Shown here piece by piece: positions 28,338-32,000 of a stretch of DNA of 32,000 nt. Numbering within the stretch: the stretch's first letter is position 1; each line of letters starts with the position of its first letter. The translations under genes and the position numbers were made by a program. The notes beneath the pieces were generated by a model. The model saw only the letters and a list, made by a program, of their open reading frames with translations, searched no databases and was not told the origin of the DNA. This DNA comes from Candidatus Pelagibacter sp. HTCC7211 (GTDB lineage: Bacteria > Pseudomonadota > Alphaproteobacteria > Pelagibacterales > Pelagibacteraceae): assembly GCF_000155895.1 (NCBI RefSeq), contig NZ_DS995298.1, positions 1,380,001 to 1,412,000 on the forward strand, read 5' to 3'.

Positions 28338-30302
28338 TTGAATAAACTACACAATGATTTAGCAAATTGCATTAGATTTCTATCAATAGATGCAGTGCAA
28401 AAAGCAAATTCGGGTCATCCAGGTATGCCAATGGGCATGGCAGATGTAGCAACTGTTCTTTTTAAAAATTTTTTAAGATTTAATCCAAAAAACCCTAATT
28501 GGCTTAATAGAGATAGATTTGTTCTGTCTGCAGGTCATGGATCTATGTTACTTTACTCTTTGCTTTATTTGACTGGTTATAAAAGTGTTACACTTAATAG
28601 TATAAAAAAATTTAGAAAACTTAACTCAATTTGTGCTGGACACCCAGAGTATCATCCAAATACTGGCATTGAAACTACAACAGGACCACTTGGTCAAGGC
28701 ATCGCAAATGCTGTTGGATTTTCAATTGCAGAGGAAATTTTAAAAAGAAAATTAGGTAAAGAGATTATAGACCACAAAACCTATGTTCTTGCTGGAGACG
28801 GTTGTTTAATGGAGGGTATAAGTCATGAGGCAATGAGTTTAGCTGGACATTTAAAGCTAAAAAATTTAGTTATGCTTTTTGATAACAATTCAATATCTAT
28901 TGATGGACCAACTAGTTTGGCTGTGTCAGATAACTTTAAGAAGAGGTTTGAAAGCTATGGGTGGGATTATATTCTAATTGATGGTCATAACGAAAAACAA
29001 ATATTCAAAGCTTTAAAGAAAGTTCAAAAAGCAAAAAAACCAACTATTATTTCTTGTAAAACTAAAATTGGTTATGGCTCTCCAAATAAATCGGGTAAAT
29101 CCTCATCTCATGGTAGCCCATTAGGTTTAGATGAAATAAAGTTAGTAAGAAATGCTCTAAACTGGAATTACAAGCCTTTTGAAATTCCAAATAAAGTTTT
29201 AAACGAATGGAAAAAAATCGGTAAGAAAGGTCAGAAACTTGAGAATAATTGGAACAAAATATATAAAAAGAAAAAAGTATTAATAAACAAACTGCTAAAA
29301 AATAATTTTTCAAACATTTTAAAATCAGAAAAACTCAGCGCAATTAATGAATTGAGTAGTTTAGCAACAAGAAAATCATCTGAACTAACTTTAAATAAAT
29401 TAACTAGTGTAAAAAATAATTTAATTGGAGGTTCTGCTGATTTGGCTGGATCAAACAATACTAAAACAAAGTATCATAAAATTATAAAACCTGGTGATTT
29501 TAATAGTGATTACATTCACTATGGTGTGAGAGAGCATGCTATGTGTGGAATAATGAATGGGCTAGCTTTACATAGTAATTTTATTCCTTATGGTGGAACT
29601 TTTCTGATATTTTCAGATTATTGTAAGCCCTCAATAAGATTATCAGCATTAATGGAGCAAAGAGTTATATATGTAATGACACACGACTCAATTGGCCTTG
29701 GTGAAGATGGTCCAACTCATCAACCCATAGAACAATTATCAGGTTTACGTTCTATTCCAAATCTAAATGTTTTCAGACCTGCAGATAGAATGGAAACTAT
29801 TGAATGTTGGGAGCATGCATTAAATACTCCAAAAACACCAAGCATCTTATCTTTAACTAGACAAAATCTAGATCCAATAAGAAAAAAATACTCAAAAACC
29901 AATAAATGTTCTTTTGGAGCTTATGAAGTTTTAAGAACAAACAAAAAAATTCATTTAACTATACTTGCAAGTGGATCTGAGGTTAATTTAGCAATTGAAA
30001 CTAGTCATAAATTGGCCAAAGAAAAGATATACTCAAAGGTGATATCAATGCCATGCCAGGATCTTTTTGACTTACAGTCTAATTCATACAAACAAAAAAT
30101 AATTAATGAAACAAAAATGAAAATTTCTATTGAAGCTGCATCAACAGATAGTTGGAAAAAATATATTGGAAATAATGGTTTGGCTTTTGGAATTGATACT
30201 TTTGGTAAAAGTGCTCCATATAAAGAAATTTATAAACATTTTGGTTTAACAGCAACAAATATTGCTAATAAATCAAAAAAAATTTTAAGAATAAAAAAAT
30301 GA
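28338..30302 (+). CDS. tkt: Transketolase
   Basis: SGHPGMPMGMADV, the ThDP motif GDGCLMEGISHEA, and HDSIGLGEDGPTHQP. It has a TTG start with AGGA 5 nt upstream (28329..28332). The first in-frame ATG lies inside the conserved GHPGMPMG motif, so TTG is required. Confidence 0.93.
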   Translation: MNKLHNDLANCIRFLSIDAVQKANSGHPGMPMGMADVATVLFKNFLRFNPKNPNWLNRDRFVLSAGHGSMLLYSLLYLTGYKSVTLNSIKKFRKLNSICAGHPEYHPNTGIETTTGPLGQGIANAVGFSIAEEILKRKLGKEIIDHKTYVLAGDGCLMEGISHEAMSLAGHLKLKNLVMLFDNNSISIDGPTSLAVSDNFKKRFESYGWDYILIDGHNEKQIFKALKKVQKAKKPTIISCKTKIGYGSPNKSGKSSSHGSPLGLDEIKLVRNALNWNYKPFEIPNKVLNEWKKIGKKGQKLENNWNKIYKKKKVLINKLLKNNFSNILKSEKLSAINELSSLATRKSSELTLNKLTSVKNNLIGGSADLAGSNNTKTKYHKIIKPGDFNSDYIHYGVREHAMCGIMNGLALHSNFIPYGGTFLIFSDYCKPSIRLSALMEQRVIYVMTHDSIGLGEDGPTHQPIEQLSGLRSIPNLNVFRPADRMETIECWEHALNTPKTPSILSLTRQNLDPIRKKYSKTNKCSFGAYEVLRTNKKIHLTILASGSEVNLAIETSHKLAKEKIYSKVISMPCQDLFDLQSNSYKQKIINETKMKISIEAASTDSWKKYIGNNGLAFGIDTFGKSAPYKEIYKHFGLTATNIANKSKKILRIKK

Positions 30303-31306
30303 CAATAAATGTTGGTATCAATGGAATGGGTAGAATTGGCCGAATGGTTATCAGGGCAATTATTGAAAGCAAAAATAAAAATATAAAGATAAGACACATT
30401 AATAATAGATCTAATTTGGAGGCAAGCTGTACTCTAATTAAATATGACTCAGTCCACGGTAAGTTTAATGCAAACCTAAATTATAATGAAAATCATTTGA
30501 TTATAAATAATGATAAAATCTCTTTTTCACAAGAATCAAAAATTGAAGATATAAATTGGAAAAAATTTGGTGTTGATTACGTTTTTGAGTGCACTGGAAA
30601 ATTTAATTCAAAAGAAAAACTATTAGCACACATTAATAATGGTGCAAAAAAGGTTATTGTATCTGCTCCTTGTAAAAATGCTGATAAAACAATTGTTTTT
30701 GGTGTAAATGAAGAAGAGCTTACAATAAAAGATCAAATAATTTCTGCTGCTTCTTGTACAACAAACTGTTTGGCACCTGTTGCAAATGTCCTTCACAAAA
30801 ATTTTGAAATAGAAAAAGGTTTTATGACCACAATTCACGCTTTTACAAGTGATCAAAGAATTTTAGATAATTCTCATAAAGATCCTAGAAGAGCAAGATC
30901 AGCAAGTCAATCAATTGTTCCAACATCTACTGGGGCATCAAAGGCAATTGGAGAAATAATTCCATCATTAAAAGGCAAACTAGAGGGTATAGCTATGCGG
31001 GTTCCAACTCCAAATGTATCTCTTATTGAATTAGTTTTTTGTACAAAAAAAGATATTAATAAAGAAAAAATTAATAATGCATTTAGAGAAGTTTCAAAAA
31101 CTCAGTCTAAAAAAATATTAGAGATAACTTCTGAAAAACTCGTGTCTATTGATTTTAATCATAATTCATCATCAGCAATTATTGACTCATCACTTACTAG
31201 CGTTGTAGGTAAAAATATGGGAAAAATTTCTGCCTGGTATGATAATGAGTGGGGATTTTCAAATAGAATGTGTGATATAGCTGAGTATGTCAATAAGATC
31301 TCTTAA
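30299..31306 (+). CDS. gap: Glyceraldehyde-3-phosphate dehydrogenase (type I)
   Basis: The Rossmann N-terminus VGINGMGRIGR, the catalytic SCTTNCLAP, and WYDNEWGFSNR. There is an ATGA overlap with tkt. Confidence 0.95.
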   Translation: MTINVGINGMGRIGRMVIRAIIESKNKNIKIRHINNRSNLEASCTLIKYDSVHGKFNANLNYNENHLIINNDKISFSQESKIEDINWKKFGVDYVFECTGKFNSKEKLLAHINNGAKKVIVSAPCKNADKTIVFGVNEEELTIKDQIISAASCTTNCLAPVANVLHKNFEIEKGFMTTIHAFTSDQRILDNSHKDPRRARSASQSIVPTSTGASKAIGEIIPSLKGKLEGIAMRVPTPNVSLIELVFCTKKDINKEKINNAFREVSKTQSKKILEITSEKLVSIDFNHNSSSAIIDSSLTSVVGKNMGKISAWYDNEWGFSNRMCDIAEYVNKIS

Positions 31307-32000
31307 TGAAAAGCATAAAAGAAGAAGTAAATCTCGAAAATAAAAAAATATTATTAAGATTAGATTTAAATGTTCCTATAGTTGACAATAAAATTATGGA
31401 CACTACAAGAATAGATAAAATTTTACCTACTTTAAGATTTTTAATTGATCAAAATACTAAAATCATAATTATTTCTCATGTAGGAAGACCAAAAGGTAAA
31501 ATTGTTAACGAGCTATCACTTAAACTAATATGTGAAGAATTGAGTAAAAAATCAAATCAAAATGTAAAGCTTATTTCAAAAAATGTTAAAGAAATCAATT
31601 CAAAAGAGTTATTTAATAATAATGATGAAAGAATAATGATGTTAGAAAATATAAGATTTTATTCTGAGGAAGAAAAAAACGATGAACAGTTTGCAAAACA
31701 TCTTGCAACCTTAGCTGACATCTATGTAAATGACGCTTTTTCATGTTCTCATAGATCTCACGCTTCAATTGATGAGATCACTAATTTTTTACCTTCTTAT
31801 TCTGGCTTACAGTTTGATCAAGAAGTTAATGCTTTAAAAAAAATCACTTCTGAAATTAAAAAACCTATCACATGTATAATTGGAGGCTCAAAAGTCTCAA
31901 CTAAAATTAATATAATTAAAAATTTAATACCAAAATTTGATAATATTATAATTGTTGGTGGAATGGCTAATAATATTATTAAATTTATGGGAAATAATAT
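31306..32000 (+). CDS. pgk: Phosphoglycerate kinase, N-terminal part (runs off the window end)
   Basis: My own translation from ATG 31306 gives MKSIKEEVNLENKKILLRLDLNVPIVDNKIMDTTRIDKILPTLRFLIDQNTKIIIISHVGRPKG..., which matches the Pgk N-terminal consensus (RVDLNVP...D.TRI....PT......GA......SH.GRPKG). It overlaps the gap stop by 1 nt (TAATG). Confidence 0.9.
   Translation, partial: MKSIKEEVNLENKKILLRLDLNVPIVDNKIMDTTRIDKILPTLRFLIDQNTKIIIISHVGRPKGKIVNELSLKLICEELSKKSNQNVKLISKNVKEINSKELFNNNDERIMMLENIRFYSEEEKNDEQFAKHLATLADIYVNDAFSCSHRSHASIDEITNFLPSYSGLQFDQEVNALKKITSEIKKPITCIIGGSKVSTKINIIKNLIPKFDNIIIVGGMANNIIKFMGNN

Noticed and set aside
1-32000. Scanned for CRISPR-like regularly spaced repeats, IS or transposase genes, integrases, prophage blocks, toxin-antitoxin pairs, restriction-modification or other defence cassettes, rRNA genes and long direct or inverted repeats.
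   Set aside because: Every ORF longer than about 100 aa has a confident housekeeping assignment, apart from the ABC-2 pair and the small coiled-coil gene. No spacer is long enough to hold an array or a mobile-element end. By eye I found no repeated sequence blocks. Exhaustive repeat detection would need a self-alignment or dot plot, which I cannot run.

Overview
This window is a very AT-rich, extremely gene-dense stretch of core bacterial chromosome. I found 35 protein-coding genes (two truncated at the window edges) and one tRNA. Using the ORF coordinates, the positive intergenic gaps add up to only 584 nt of 32,000, and many neighbouring genes overlap by 1-41 nt.

Gene content and order are typical of an alphaproteobacterium. 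Conserved blocks include glyQS, xseB-ispA-dxs, rluD-rpoH, tolQRAB-pal-cpoB-tilS-ftsH-folP-glmM, yebC-ruvC, and a coiled-coil gene plus zapA lying divergent from tkt-gap-pgk. Together with the AT bias and compaction, this suggests a streamlined marine lineage such as SAR11/Pelagibacterales. That assignment is inference only, since no database search was possible.

I see no CRISPR array, transposase, integrase, phage block, toxin-antitoxin or defence-like cassette, rRNA, or compositional island. I do not find a convincing undescribed multi-gene system, and the region reads as housekeeping.

The items most worth a second look are modest:
- A RuvC-position resolvase whose central motifs look phage-type rather than canonical, with ruvAB and ybgC absent from the locus.
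- A tRNA-Arg with a UCG anticodon.
- A roughly 90-residue N-terminal extension on FolP.
- An elongated ZapA with an overlapping upstream coiled-coil partner, and no room for the 6S RNA gene that often follows zapA.
- A single strong intrinsic terminator, between pal and cpoB, in a window where every convergent gene pair has almost no spacer (2-5 nt) or overlapping stop codons.
- thiD packed into a housekeeping block with no space for a TPP riboswitch.
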